Below are positions 39,613 to 51,895 of a stretch of 64,000 nt of DNA, piece by piece. Location: assembly GCA_012026655.1 (NCBI GenBank), contig JAAILG010001192.1, forward strand, positions 1 through 64,000, given 5' to 3'. How positions within the stretch are numbered: the first letter of the stretch is position 1; every line of letters begins with the position of its first letter. Below the pieces are notes generated by a model that was given only the letters and a program-made list of their open reading frames with translations, did no database searches and had not been told where the DNA came from. A program made the position numbers and the translations under genes. Origin of the DNA: Hydrolagus affinis (taxonomy: Eukaryota).

Positions 39613-39716
39613 GTCGTCTTGTCCACTTGCTGACGGATTTTCTTCACCGAGACTTTGATGTTGTACCTTATGCTGTTAAGAACGTTTCTAAAATACGTCT
39701 TCTCATTCACTTTGAA
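39613..39716 (-). CDS. ECEL1: ECEL1 exon 10
   Basis: [34 protein letters not shown](T); 104 nt; cag|...AC|gtgagt. Confidence 0.95.
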
Positions 39717-39939
39717 CTGAAAGAAAGAACAATAACAATAGTCATTTAGATGGGGCCCTTCACATAGGATAGTGTCTCAGAGCGCTACATGTCGGGGGGT
39801 GGTTTGAACAAGGTGCCACACATAGCATGCTAGTTTATAAGGTGATTAGGTTATTAAGATAAAAAGAAGGTTCCAAAAAGTGGCTAAGTTCCAAAAAGTG
39901 TCAGTAGGTTACATTCTTTTAAACAAAAAAATTACTCAC

Positions 39940-40014
39940 GCCGTATTCATTATCAACAGCTTCATTGATCAGCAAAGAGTCTGGGTAACCCACCATTACC
40001 ATCATGTACCGAAG
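39940..40014 (-). CDS. ECEL1: ECEL1 exon 9
   Basis: LRYMMVMVGYPDSLLINEAVDNEYG; 75 nt; cag|...GGC|gtgagt. Confidence 0.95.
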
Positions 40015-40941
40015 CTGTGGGCAGTAAAAGGATGTTCGATTTCAACATATAGATACATTTTGATTTTTAATATACAGAGACTTTGATATTTCCCATCACC
40101 AAAACCAGCAGACAAAACAAACTGAACGTTGTTCTTGAACTAATACTAGTTTGGAGAGCGACGGGGGAAGAGAGAGAGAGAATGCAGAAAAGTGAGATAA
40201 TTCAGACAATTGAGGGCCGTACAATTGAGGCTGAGGGTATTGTCCGATTATATAATTGAAATATACAGAAAAAATATAGTAAATTCACTGTACTGTACAG
40301 AATATTCTGTGAAGAGCTTTGAGACACCTTAACAACTTGATAGGAAGCTGTATCAAATGCAAGGATTATTATTATTATTATTACTATTATTATTATTAAC
40401 TTGCAGCAATATCAGGAGATCAGTGATATTTGCAAGAGTGGATGTGAGGATAATCCGCAACAAATGTTTTTAAAAAACACTGTGACACATGTCTGAAACA
40501 GGAGAGCGCGTTGGAAAGTAGCGACACTGACCAACAAACTATCAATAAAACTATAAGCGACTAAGTCACTCGGCCGCCAAGCAGCAGTGGAAAATTTGGA
40601 AGAAATTTGAAAAGATAAATGAGCAATGCGACAGAATTCGCCCCCTTTGTCATACACTCATTGTGACAAATTACAGTCAAAATGTTAAACGCTTTTATGA
40701 TAGCTTTGGCCAGACTGCCCTTTTGTTCCGATGCGTATCTGGTATCTGATGGAAATAATTCAAACAGAGCATACACTTGTAATCTAATTACAGAAAAGAA
40801 CCAGCAATAATGTACGGTGATTGATCTCAGTCTGCCTTCACATCAAAACTAATTATCAAATGCAAAAAAAAAAACCCGTATAAAACTACAATGTTATTCG
40901 GTACCACTTAATGATATTTCTGTGGGATTACCACGGCAGAC

Positions 40942-41040
40942 CTTGGCTTCTGCTGCTTTCTTTGTCTCAGAGTCCATCCAATCTAATTCTTCCAGCCGGC
41001 GATCAAACGCGTACTTAATGTCTTTGACGAGTTGTTGGAC
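40942..41040 (-). CDS. ECEL1: ECEL1 exon 8
   Basis: [33 protein letters not shown]; 99 nt; acceptor gag, donor AAG|gtctgc. Confidence 0.93.
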
Positions 41041-41609
41041 CTCATCAGAACAGAAATAAATCAAGGGTTAGGTAAGGCACAGTTTCGTTTGCATCGAAAC
41101 TTGAGACAATGAAAACAATCTGCTGCTATTGTTTTGGGATGCTACCCTGCGTGTGAGCTGCTATTTAAATGCAAGTTGTTGTTGTTGTTGTCAAACCTGC
41201 TTCCACCAACCTTCCAGGCCATGCATTTCTGGATTCCAATATATAAATTAGAACATAAGACCCAGGTCCATCCAGTTCGCCTTCCACCATCCTGGCAGTC
41301 GCTGGTCATGTCATGCTCCAAACTATATACAATAATGTAACCCAACCTATTATTTTCGAACAGAAATCAACCTAATTTGTTCTTGAAACAAACAACACTT
41401 TCTGCTTCCACGGTCTCCCGAGGGAGCCTGGTCCTTACGCTTGTCACTCACTCATCGGAGTAGCGTCTCCGCAGATTTGTTCTAAATTTACTCCCTTCAA
41501 CAGAATCACACGGGAAAATGTGGGGTTTGATGCGAGATCTGTCACTGGTATCAGACAGTCCATCACATCCTTGTCTGAACACTCCCTTTCCCCGCTCTCT
41601 GCCAACCAA

Positions 41610-42090
41610 CAATACCGACTTACATATATATAGCTTCCTTCATATGGGATAGTGTCCTACAGCGCTTTACAGCGGTGGAATCCAACAACTAGCCAGTGAG
41701 GGGAGAGGGGTGGTGACCGTAAGGAAGGTCTTTGAGTGGGATTCAAAGGTGGGGTGGGAGGGGGCAAGGCAGAGGCATTGAGGGAAAGAGTTCCAGAGTT
41801 TTGGGGCATAGTGGGTGAAGGCACAGTCTTTCATGGTGGGACAGAGGTCACAAGGAGGAGGCTGGAGCCTGCCAGGCAAGGCAACGCGAAGTGGAATGGA
41901 TAGTAAGCTAATTGGAAAGGTAGGGAGTGGTGGGCGCATAAAGTGATTTGAAAACGAGTGAGAGGATCTTGCAATCGATCCGTTCGGTGATTGGAAGCCT
42001 AGCAAGGACCGGTGTGATGGGGGTACAGAGTTTCACGCGAGTGAGTATCCAGAGTTTTGAATGCTTTGGATTTGGTGTATAGCGAGGCTG
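41610..42090 (-). mobile_element. L2-like LINE 3' fragment
   Basis: Minus-strand remnants resembling the L2 ORF2 C-terminus (PITPVLARLPITERIDCKIL). Confidence 0.7.
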
Positions 42091-42217
42091 GGGATGACAG
42101 GCATTCCTGTCCCACTTCCCGACTTCATTCAACTTTTAAAAATTTAACTTTAATCAAATGTTAAAATGCTAAACGTTGCCGGCTGCGATCTCGATCTTAA
42201 ATGGGAGAAACATTTAC

Positions 42218-42440
42218 TTTTATTTTGCTGTCGGACGAAAAATATTCCTCGACAAAAAGCGCCCCCAGAACCATCCCGAACTGCTTGTTGGCCTGGTTCA
42301 GGCACATTTTCCCCAGGTCCATGGGCTTCTCTGTGCCATCTAGCTCTTTGGAGAACTCATGTATGGCGTCCCTGAATGGAGTGGACAGATGCTCGCTCAG
42401 GCCCACCACGATCCTCCAGATCACATAATTGTGCAGGACC
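42218..42440 (-). CDS. ECEL1: ECEL1 exon 7
   Basis: [74 protein letters not shown]; 223 nt; cag|...AAA|gtaaat. Confidence 0.96.
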
Positions 42441-43274
42441 CTGAAAATAATAATAATGGTATTAATAATAATAATTCCTGCAGTTGATATAGCGCCTCGA
42501 GTCAAACATGAACGTATTTTCCTGATGTGAAAGGTGCCGTCTAAATGCAATTTGTTGTTGTTGTTGTTGAATGTAAATTATAGCATTACAAAGCTCTTAT
42601 CATTTGAGGGCTCTCTCTCTCTCTCTCTCTCTTCATGGAGGTCGGAGTCTAAAATGGGGTCCTGTAGAAAACCTTGCTCATTTCATTTGCGTGATCACAA
42701 AGTAATTAACCGGAGCGGCACATTTTGCACGATCTGACATTTAATTCCACCGTTTAGATAGAATAAAAGAAGCATTGGGAGGGAGGAAAGAAGAGTAGAC
42801 CATTCGTTCGAATTGGGAGTACACTCTCTGTAGTTTATAAACTATCAAGGCTTCCTGACTAATGGAGGAGCTTCGAATCCCACTCACCACTGAGCCATTC
42901 TCTGTTAATTAGCCTCGAACACCCACACACCAGTTATGCACCAATAATAGTAATTACAGACACCTAAGTGAATGGATTGTAGAATATTGGTTGCGTTCGG
43001 CAGCAATTTAGACCAACGACAGGCTTTTCATTTAGCAACTCTTGCATTACGAATCTTTGCATGATTTGTATTTACGCAGCCATCTCTCACGTAAATGTGT
43101 TACAGAATTGGAAATGAATGCACTAATGAAAGGGAATATTGCGCAGGCAAACACAGCAGCTAATTCAGCACCAGCGAGGAAATGCACCCGAGATGAACAG
43201 CATAACTGCGAAACAGCCCTATTATAAAATGCTCCACTATAACGTTTATAATGCAGTTGCACTATGGACATGAT

Positions 43275-43925
43275 AATAATAACATCAGAATCTTTGTGTT
43301 TGATATAGTGCTTTATCATGTCATTGAGACGTCTCAAAGCGCTTCACAGAATATAATGAAAAGTGAATTCACTTTTTTTGGTGGCGGTGGGGGTTGGGGG
43401 TGGGCGTTGGGGGGGAGCGATCCTTCAATCGAGTAACAACCGGGTTCAAACTGACTGCTGAGTAAACAGAGCCATGCGGAGTAAGGAAACTTGCCTAAGG
43501 TTTTGCCCCAACTGGGAAACGAACCTGGGTGTTCTTACTTGTGAGGCGAGTGCTCTAACAACTAAGGACTCCACATACAATCACTGCGCATGTATGCAAC
43601 CAGCCCATTTGCTTCCTGTGCATTAGGTGACTTTTCACGCTGAAACTAAAACAAAAATCAACTTGCGTTTGATACAGCGCCTTTCAATTCAGTAGTCACA
43701 TCTCAAAGTGGTTCACAGGATTTACTGACGGTATATTTGTGGGCGAAACGTGGCAGCAAACAGTTGTGAAATGACCAATTCTATTATTGTGTTTTTTTTG
43801 GAGGGATTACTAGTAGGCGCGTGGAGCAAGGAAACTTGCCCAAGGTTTCGCCCTGACCTGTCTGGATTCGAACACAGGTCTCACACTTATAAGGCGAGTG
43901 CTCTAACCACTGAGCTACAGGACTC
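43275..43925 (-). mobile_element. Two tandem tRNA-derived SINEs
   Basis: Heads end at about 43572 and 43925; tails at about 43275 and 43660. Confidence 0.8.
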
Positions 43926-43983
43926 AATACTAAATTAAATGACACAATATAAATAACGGCCAATGATCTGGGTTGTCTCTCAC

Positions 43984-44108
43984 CTGGGAGGTGTACTGGA
44001 CATGAGCTCAGAGACTTTCTGCATGTAATCGGTGGCGAGCACCACAATTTCATCATCCTCCGAAAAATTATCATGAAAGATCCTTGCCAATAGACGCTTC
44101 CAATGAGG
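43984..44108 (-). CDS. ECEL1: ECEL1 exon 6
   Basis: [41 protein letters not shown](R); 125 nt; cag|...AG|gtgaga. Confidence 0.95.
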
Positions 44109-44614
44109 CTGCAAAGCACAACATCTGCAAATAATACTAATACTAATACTGTAATAATAATACTAGCATCTGATATAGAGCTTCATAAAATCTTCGAGAC
44201 GTGTCAAAGCACTCCACAGAATATACTGTGAAGTGAATTGACTGTCCTGGGTGAAATGCAGCAGCCAATTGCACCGTTAACAATAACTCCGGATGTCCTC
44301 CCAACTCCAAACATTTACCGTTCAGTGTATTTGTGGCAGTTTTAAATCGCGGCAGCCCAATTGTAGATAGCAATGTCCCAACGAGCAGCCATGAAAGGAA
44401 TAAATCGTTTTATTCGGGTGATTGTTGTCCAGGACACTGGGAGAAACGCACTTCAAATAGTGCCGCAGGAATGTTAACGTCCACCTGTACAGGCAGGCGG
44501 GACCTGGGTTCAACATCTCCATCCAATGGGTGGCACCGCTAAGTAGCAATCCGTATCCATCATTTAAAAAGATTGCTGGCAAGATGACTGGGAACATAAC
44601 TAAGGTGTACTCAC

Positions 44615-44707
44615 AGTCGGGGCGATGCGCTGTAACTCTCTCAAACTGATCTTGTTGTACATGGTGTTGATGTCCCTCCTCAGAGAATCCGACTCGGAAA
44701 TCGTGAT
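44615..44707 (-). CDS. ECEL1: ECEL1 exon 5
   Basis: ITISESDSLRRDINTMYNKISLRELQRIAPT; 93 nt; acceptor aag, donor ACT|gtgagt. Confidence 0.93.
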
Positions 44708-44879
44708 CTTTGGATGGTTTTCAGAATAAAAATTATTTTGAATACATGAAACGGATTTGAAATTGCCAAATGAAACGGGCGCAAATGTTGTAACACTGGC
44801 ACCCTCCTCCAGCTTCCCAAACACCCAACTTTACTATTTTAATTACCCTTCGAAGCCCTCCACAGTCTTGCTCCTCCCT

Positions 44880-45212
44880 ATCTCTGTGACCTTCTATCTC
44901 CATATATACTTGTCTGCTCCCAACCCTCAGTGGGCTCCGGCCTGTTCCATGTCCCCACTACCATCGGCGGTCGGGCCTTCAGCTTCTCTGCCACTCTTTG
45001 GAACTCTATTGCACAGACCCTTTGTCTTGCCCCTTCCCTTGCATCCTTCAAGGCCACCTCAAGATCCTCCTCTTCGACCGCCTTTCCCCACCCTTCCTGC
45101 CCATCCACCTCTCCTGGTCCCAACCCCCAGATTGAGTATAAAACCCTGACTGTCAAGTGCCTTGGTACATTCTTCCAACGTGAAAGGCAATATACAAATA
45201 TAAGTTGTTGCT
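44880..45212 (+). mobile_element. L2-like LINE 3' end
   Basis: Family body and (GTT)n tail. Confidence 0.8.
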
Positions 45213-45528
45213 GTTCTCATTTTACTGATAAATCCAGCCAACCTAATACAGTTTGGGTCCATCTTTATGATCATTTTACTCGGATCGAACATAGCTTCAG
45301 TGGTAATCCGAGGAAACTCAATGAACATTCGCTAAAGACTATAATCCTCCAAGCATCGCCACACTGAACATTTATTTTTTGATCTAGCTTTCTTTTGCAG
45401 TATTGCATAAGTCTTTATTACAAATGACAATTATGACTGTAATGAAACTGCAAAAACAAGTATAAATTTTAAATCGGTTCACATAAAACCTTTACAACAA
45501 TCGGCACGCAATTTACTGCTTTACTTAC

Positions 45529-45639
45529 ATTTGCTAGTTGTGTCTCTAATTGTAATATTTCTTCTGTCTTCTGTTTGGCGTTCTCTGCACCAAGCAGACT
45601 TATCAATTTTTCCATCAGGGTTTTGTAAGCTGCCAAAAT
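45529..45639 (-). CDS. ECEL1: ECEL1 exon 4
   Basis: ILAAYKTLMEKLISLLGAENAKQKTEEILQLETQLAN; 111 nt; cag|...AAT|gtaagt. Confidence 0.96.
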
Positions 45640-47059
45640 CTGTCCCGACAAAAAACACAGGGGAAAAGAGCGAAAATGAATGGATGGCTTGCCTACGCAA
45701 AAGGACATCTCAAAGTGCTTCACAAAATCAGATGAATTACAAAAACCACGACTATTTTACATCGCCAAAAATGTGGTAGCTAATTTGGGTCAGTCAAATC
45801 CCACAGGCAACAGTTTTGGCTGACGCTCCAGCGCAGTGCTGGGTGGTGGTGCCTCTCTGTTGCAGATGCTGTCCTTCAGATGAAACTTTAAACCAAATTC
45901 GCATCTGTGCCTGTTAAGATGCGTATTCAAGATCCTGACTATTCAAAGACTGTTCAAACGGGACTGTTCAAAGACTGAAGGGAGAGTATTTATTCCACCT
46001 GATTCTCAGGAACCTTAATGGTGACGTCACGGTGCGCAAGGTTAGCTGCAGCGTTTGCCTACAAAATAAACAATCGCACGGTAAAATTCCGCGAAGCCTT
46101 TTGATATGTCCGAATGACCAATTAAGTTGTTCTATCGAATGCAAAGTTTGCCATACAGCGACGTTATCAATGGCAAGCTACACGGTTATACTCCAGCGGT
46201 TACCCCCCAACATACACTCTGGAGTCCCCAAGCTTCGCTCTTGACAACCTGCGCCTAATACTTTCCAGAATGATGTAAACAGGATGCGTCCCTCCAGAAA
46301 GAGAGAGAGCGCATTCCATTCCAACAATCTATCCCATCTATGAAAAGGATTCCCATGTGAAGGTGACATGCATGAAAATCCTCAACTTGGTTTGGAACCT
46401 CTTAATGGATACCGTGTGATGGGTTTCCACATGTGCCAGGCACCCGGCTGACCACATAAATCAAATCTTACTATAATAACTTATAAGGCTAAAAGTTCCA
46501 AGTTTATTGAGGGTATTTATTGACTTTTGGGGAGCCAGTTTATGGAGTTTTCCGTGCTGGGCAGAAATAATTCAGAGCGGGAGTAAATCTTGTTCCCCAA
46601 AGGTAGGAAGGTCACATCATGCTTGAAGCTTATAGCGGACATAAATATGAAGACGTGACTCGTTTTACTATGTTATCCACGGTGCTCTCTATTCATAATT
46701 AGGGCTTTGAATTCTGATGAGCTGCACTCTGCTTTTGTGCAAAAATATCTTTCTACGTCCACCTTATCTATTCCCACCATTATTGAAACACTTAAATTAC
46801 ATCCTCCCTTAATCATTTCACCAAGGAAAATAGCTTTTCACTTCCTTAGACACATTTTATAGCTCAATGGGATGAAACCTCCAGTGAACATTGTTGGCCT
46901 TCTTTGATCCCTCCTCACTGGAGCCACTAAGATATATACTGTACCAAGCACAATTGATTGCAACCAGAACAATACAGCAATGTAAGATCCATTACTTGGT
47001 AAACTATACAGTGTGACTTTCTTGGTCAGTGCTGTATATATATTTATATTCAGTACCTG

Positions 47060-47408
47060 GACTAGCAAGTGAGAGGACCTAGGTTCGATTCCTGGTCAGG
47101 ATAAAATATTGAGCAAGTTTACTTACTCCCTAAGCTTGTCTACCTAGCAGTAAGTAGAAATCTGGTTGTTAGTCACTTGGCGGATCGCGTTTCCGGAGAT
47201 AATAATCCCTTCAAACAATAATAATAATTTGGTCACTCAGTCTACAACTCGTTGTGGGACACTGCTGTGTGCAATCGGCTGCTGCGTTTCCCCACAAAAT
47301 TTACAGTCAATTCACTTTAGTGTTTATTCTGTGAAGGCGTTTTGGGACGTCTCGAAGACTTGATAAGATGCAATATCAAAATACTGTTCAAGGATCTATT
47401 ATTATTAC
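47060..47408 (+). mobile_element. tRNA-derived SINE (longer subfamily with 'cagtaagtag' insert)
   Basis: B-box ggttcgattcc, body, (ATT)n tail. Confidence 0.8.
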
Positions 47409-48374
47409 AGCAGTGCTCCACTTTTCACTTGCAGGTTTTGGCAAAGGTCATGGTTAGATTTTTTTTAATCCCGAGCCCCTTATTTAATACCTTAACAGCC
47501 TTTCGAGTCGAATATCAGTCATCTTACATTTCTCCAAATTAAAAGCCATCTGTTTCCTGGAAGATGCAGGTCTCAGCTCTGACCTCTGGGGGGTGCTCTG
47601 CTGCCCACAGCTGTCCAATTGGACTTACTGCCATTGATCACACCCTTCGTATTTCCTATTATATGGCCAATTTACAACATCCTCCTTTATCCCCTGAGCT
47701 TTCACTCAAGCTGCAATTACGTTCAGAGGCACCTTATTGAATGCCTTCTGAAAGTCAATAACTAACATCCACCACACACACTCCCCTGCTCCACTAACTC
47801 TTCACCAGACCAACTTCTCTCAATTCAGCATTTGATTGTACACTACAGTGTAATGTTAATAGGTTCATTTTCTATTGCAATTCTTAACTTCAGCTGTACA
47901 GTATTTTGCTGGGTTATGGTGTATCAGATTATTTTAGTGTACCAAACACAATGTATTGCTTCCTTTGCAAACGCTGAAGAACTGAAAAATCACTGATAAA
48001 TAACGCACACAGGGTCAGTATAGGGTTGACAGCCTTTGAGTTCTATGGAGATGGTCAAACTCTATTGCAAAGACTGTAAATAAATCGCCTAAGTAACAGA
48101 ATTATTAACCAAACTCTTTTGTAAAGTGAGTAACGTTTTGCAGATAGGACAACACCCAACAGATCTGAGACACATCCGTACACAACATGAATGCTATTTA
48201 GTGCTGGGTCTGATTGGAGAATGAATTCCTTCGCTGGTTGATCACTTTCCGAGGTTAATAATCCCTCAGAAGCTGGGTCACTCAATCCACACATTACAGT
48301 GCGCAATTCGCTGCTGTGTTTCGCCCACAAAACACACAGTGTTGTACACATTACAATATAAAACGAAACAAACA

Positions 48375-48570
48375 AAATACTGCAGCTGCTGAAAATCTGA
48401 AACAAAAATAGAAATCACTGGGCGAACACTCAGCAGGTCAGGCAGCATCTATGGAGAAAGGAAAGTGAGTCAACGTTTCAGGTCCACGACCACTTATCAG
48501 AACAAAGGGTTGTGGACCCGAATCGTTGACTCGCTATCCTTTCTCCGTAGATGCTGCTGAACTTCTGGCT
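48375..48570. repeat. Palindromic Penelope-like repeat remnant
   Basis: 50-nt inverted arms 48442-48491 and 48508-48557 (44/50 match); resembles the hairpin repeat common in shark genomes (from recall, not searched). Confidence 0.65.
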
Positions 48571-49639
48571 ACTCCCCTTGATTTTCACCTTACAATGTAT
48601 TCTGTGACGCGTCTCAACTTTGCGATAGGGCAGCATATCAAATGCAAGGGTTATTTTTGATTGCTATTATTGTTTTACATTTAGATTCAGAGATACAAAG
48701 AGATATTGTGGCTACATTTTCAGGCTGTTTTGTGTCCTAACAAGGCTGGAGGAAGCAGTTACTGAGCGTTTTACATTAGGACAGAAATGGTCTTGGAGAA
48801 GTATTTTTTGAAAAGAATTCATAGCTTTGGGGAAAGCAGCCAGCGAGCCAAACAAATCAAATCAAATCAAATGGGATTTAGTTTTTCACAGATATTTCAT
48901 TGCACCGAGGGGTTTGGTAGCATTGAGATTTAGTGTCAATTATTTTTAATACTGCTATGATCAAGTTTAATTCATATAACGTCACAACATCTCATAGTAA
49001 TTACTGTCGAGTTCAGCTGCTCTGTGACTGTGTAATTTTTGCACACAGCAAAGTCTCACACATGATCGTGTCACAAAGGCAAAGAAATGATTAATCTGGG
49101 TGCGGAGGGAGAAAGGGGGTGGTGCAGAAGAGGGGATTGTTGGCTAGGGCACTGGAAGAAACTACCTTCTCTTTTTAAATAACCACCATAACAGGCAAAC
49201 AGGACTTTAGTTTGATGTCTGATCTAATTTGCAATAGAAAATGCACCTATTCACTTTAGTTCGCATATCTGTCAATTGCAGCACTCCCTCATCACTGCAA
49301 TGGTGCCTCAGCTTAGACTGCAAGCTCAAAGTCCCGACTTGGAGGGGGCTTGAACTCACGACCGTCTTACACAGAGGCAAGAGTGACTGAGACAAGCTCA
49401 CTGAAGCAACACTTAATCTCATTCTACTCGAATTGGGATCCTTCTCACCTACTAAACCCAAGGACAGAAAGCGAGGAAGATGATTTATGAAGGATATCTC
49501 ACGGAACGTTTATGAAATACATATCTACCTTTTATGCGTGTCTCGGCAGCCTGTACATCGAAAGGGTTCAAAGCCCTTCACAGTGATTACCATCAAGTGG
49601 TGTGACTTGATGGTATTATTCTGAGCATATGAGGCTTCC

Positions 49640-50315
49640 CAGTGCACTTAAAAATAGCAGAGACCAACATTGAGCCAGGTGGAGGGAGAGGGGGAAGGCG
49701 ACTATAGCCACTGGAGAGGAGGAAGTTCTTCAGCGCCACCTGAAAACAGGATAAGAGGGGGAAAGGCTAGGGGATTGAGGGAGGGAATTCCATAGCTTTA
49801 GGGCGTAGTGGCTGGAGGCACAGTTGCCGATGATGGAGGGGTGGATTCGAGGGACAAGGAGGTGGCTGGGGCAAGTAGAGCGGAGGCTGCGGGTAGTGCC
49901 ATGAGGAGAGAACAGTTTGGAGAGATGGGGTGTGCCGAGGCGAGGAGGGATTTCAACGGTTGAAGAGGAAGGTTTTCAGACGGGACTTGATAAAAAGAAG
50001 AGAGGTGGCAAGATGAAGGGATTGAGGGAGACTAGCGGAGTTTCAGGGCACAGTGGCTAAAAGCACAATGGTGGGGCGGAGGGTGCGTCGGTCGAGCAGA
50101 GGCTCCAGTTGGTGGATTGGGGTGTTAGGAGGTCGGAGAGGTAAAGAGGTTGAGGGGATTTGAACACTAGAGTGAGGATCGTGAAGTCGATCCGCTCTGT
50201 GACAGGCAGCCAGTGGAGTTTGGCAAGGACTGGAGTAATCGGATGCGGAGTTTAGTGCGGGTGAGAATGCAGGTGATGGAGTTTTGGATGAGCTGAATTT
50301 TGTGAAGAGTGAAGG
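49640..50315 (-). mobile_element. Stacked L2-like LINE 3' fragments
   Basis: Two passes through the purine-rich family body. Confidence 0.65.
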
Positions 50316-50534
50316 AGACAGGCGTTTCGCACACAGTAATTTGTCAACAAATCCATTAAACTTGGATCAATGAATAATAAATTTACATGCATGCGGCATC
50401 TTTCTGCAAAATAAATGGCTTCCAATTTCTTTACAAAATAGACATTAGCAACAAAAGTAATATTGTTATCAAGGAAAAGCCAACAGTCCTCTGGTCATTT
50501 CGAGCTAGTTTTTCTCTCCTCTTTTAAATCTACT

Positions 50535-50910
50535 TATAGAATCAGAGAATCTTACAGCCTACGAGGAGTTCATTCAGCCCATCGTGCCTGTGCCAGCTAT
50601 TTGAAAGAGGTATCCAATTAGTCCCACTCCCCCGCTCTTTCCCCCACAGCCATGTTTTTTTTCCTTTTCAAGTACCTATCCAATTCCTGTTTGAAAAATA
50701 TTATTGAATCTGCACCACCCTTTCAGGCAGTGCGTTTGAAGCAGTAACAACTCGCAATGTAAAAAGACTTCTCTTCATCCCCCCCTCTGGTTCTTTTGCC
50801 AATTATCTTAAATCTCAGGTGACCAACCTACCCGCCAGCGGACATAGTTTCTCCTTGTTGATCCTCATAATTTTGAAAATCTTGATTAAATCTCCCTTTT
50901 AACTTAAAAG
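50535..50910 (-). mobile_element. CR1 LINE 3' fragment
   Basis: 'cattcagcccatcgtgcctgtgccagct..'; same family as 31640-31990. Confidence 0.75.
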
Positions 50911-50933
50911 CTCTGATGTGTTGTTGATTTTAC

Positions 50934-51002
50934 CTTTTCACTCTCTTCATCTTGCCCGAGGTAGAGTGAACGCTCGGGGAGCGTGAGTCCATCTTGATCA
51001 AT
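50934..51002 (-). CDS. ECEL1: ECEL1 exon 3
   Basis: [23 protein letters not shown]; 69 nt; cag|...AAG|gtaaaa; phase 0-0. Confidence 0.96.
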
Positions 51003-51163
51003 CTGCGAAAGAGTTGTGAATGCATTATTGACAAGAGTTTTTCACAAGGAGCCATTCATCTCAATGTTAATTACATCTTTTACTCCCAACAAGATGCACG
51101 ATGCCGTGGATCATAATTTTTCTACTGTTCTTTGAATTGAGTGCTCCATCACGTACACGTTTG

Positions 51164-51665
51164 AATTATTGCATGTGAATATTTATGAGGCCGGCGATGA
51201 GTTTGATCCACAATTGGACATGATCTATAAATTCAACCGCTACAGTGCCAGGAATTGCTTAGTTATATTCACTCACTGGCTCGGCTGCAAAAGTGGAAAT
51301 TCTCAAAAACCAAATAAAGAGAAAGACAGTTTTACAGAATGAAGATTACAAAATGTGAGCAGGTGGACGACCTCACGAGAGGAATGATTATTTGTCAACA
51401 ACTCTTCAGACTCCTACAAAAGAACCATTGTCTGTCTCACATCTTATCTAATAGTAATAATCCTCTCATTGGATATCGCGCCTTACAGCTCAGGGTGACA
51501 TGTAAAGCGCTTCACGGCAAGTAAACTGTAGTATCTGTATTTTACAGACAAATGCGACAGCCAATTTGCACTCAGCAATATCCTACAAATAGCCATGGAG
51601 TGAGTGACCAATTTTATTACAGAGGATGGTTGGCAGGGCAGCGCGAGACAGAAACTCCCTTGTCT
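51164..51665 (+). repeat. Inverted segmental duplication, copy A
   Basis: Reverse complement of about 59670-60487; 51164-51266 is identical to 60487-60385. Confidence 0.95.
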
Positions 51666-51895
51666 TTTCAAATAATGCCATAGGATCTTTAACATCCACC
51701 CGAACAGGCAGATGCTTCCTTGGTTTAATGTCTCACCCAAAGGACGACACCTCTAACAATGACCCCCACCCCACCCCTCGCTCTGCATTGGACTATCATC
51801 TTAGACTATGTGATTCCAAAACCTGACGTGAGGCTTCAACCCACAGCCTTCTGATTAATAGGCGAGAAGCTACTGACTGAACCAGGCAGAGACCC
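51451..51895 (-). mobile_element. Old full-length DeuSINE-type element (SacSINE1/AmnSINE1-like core)
   Basis: Minus strand shows a tRNA-like head, 'gaggtgtcgtcctttgggtgagacattaaacc..ggtggatgttaaagatcctatggca' core and L2-type tail; related remnants at about 7250-7400, 21500-21965, 27800-27905, 32600-32785, 44400-44540, 45830-46130 and 49020-49410. Confidence 0.7.
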
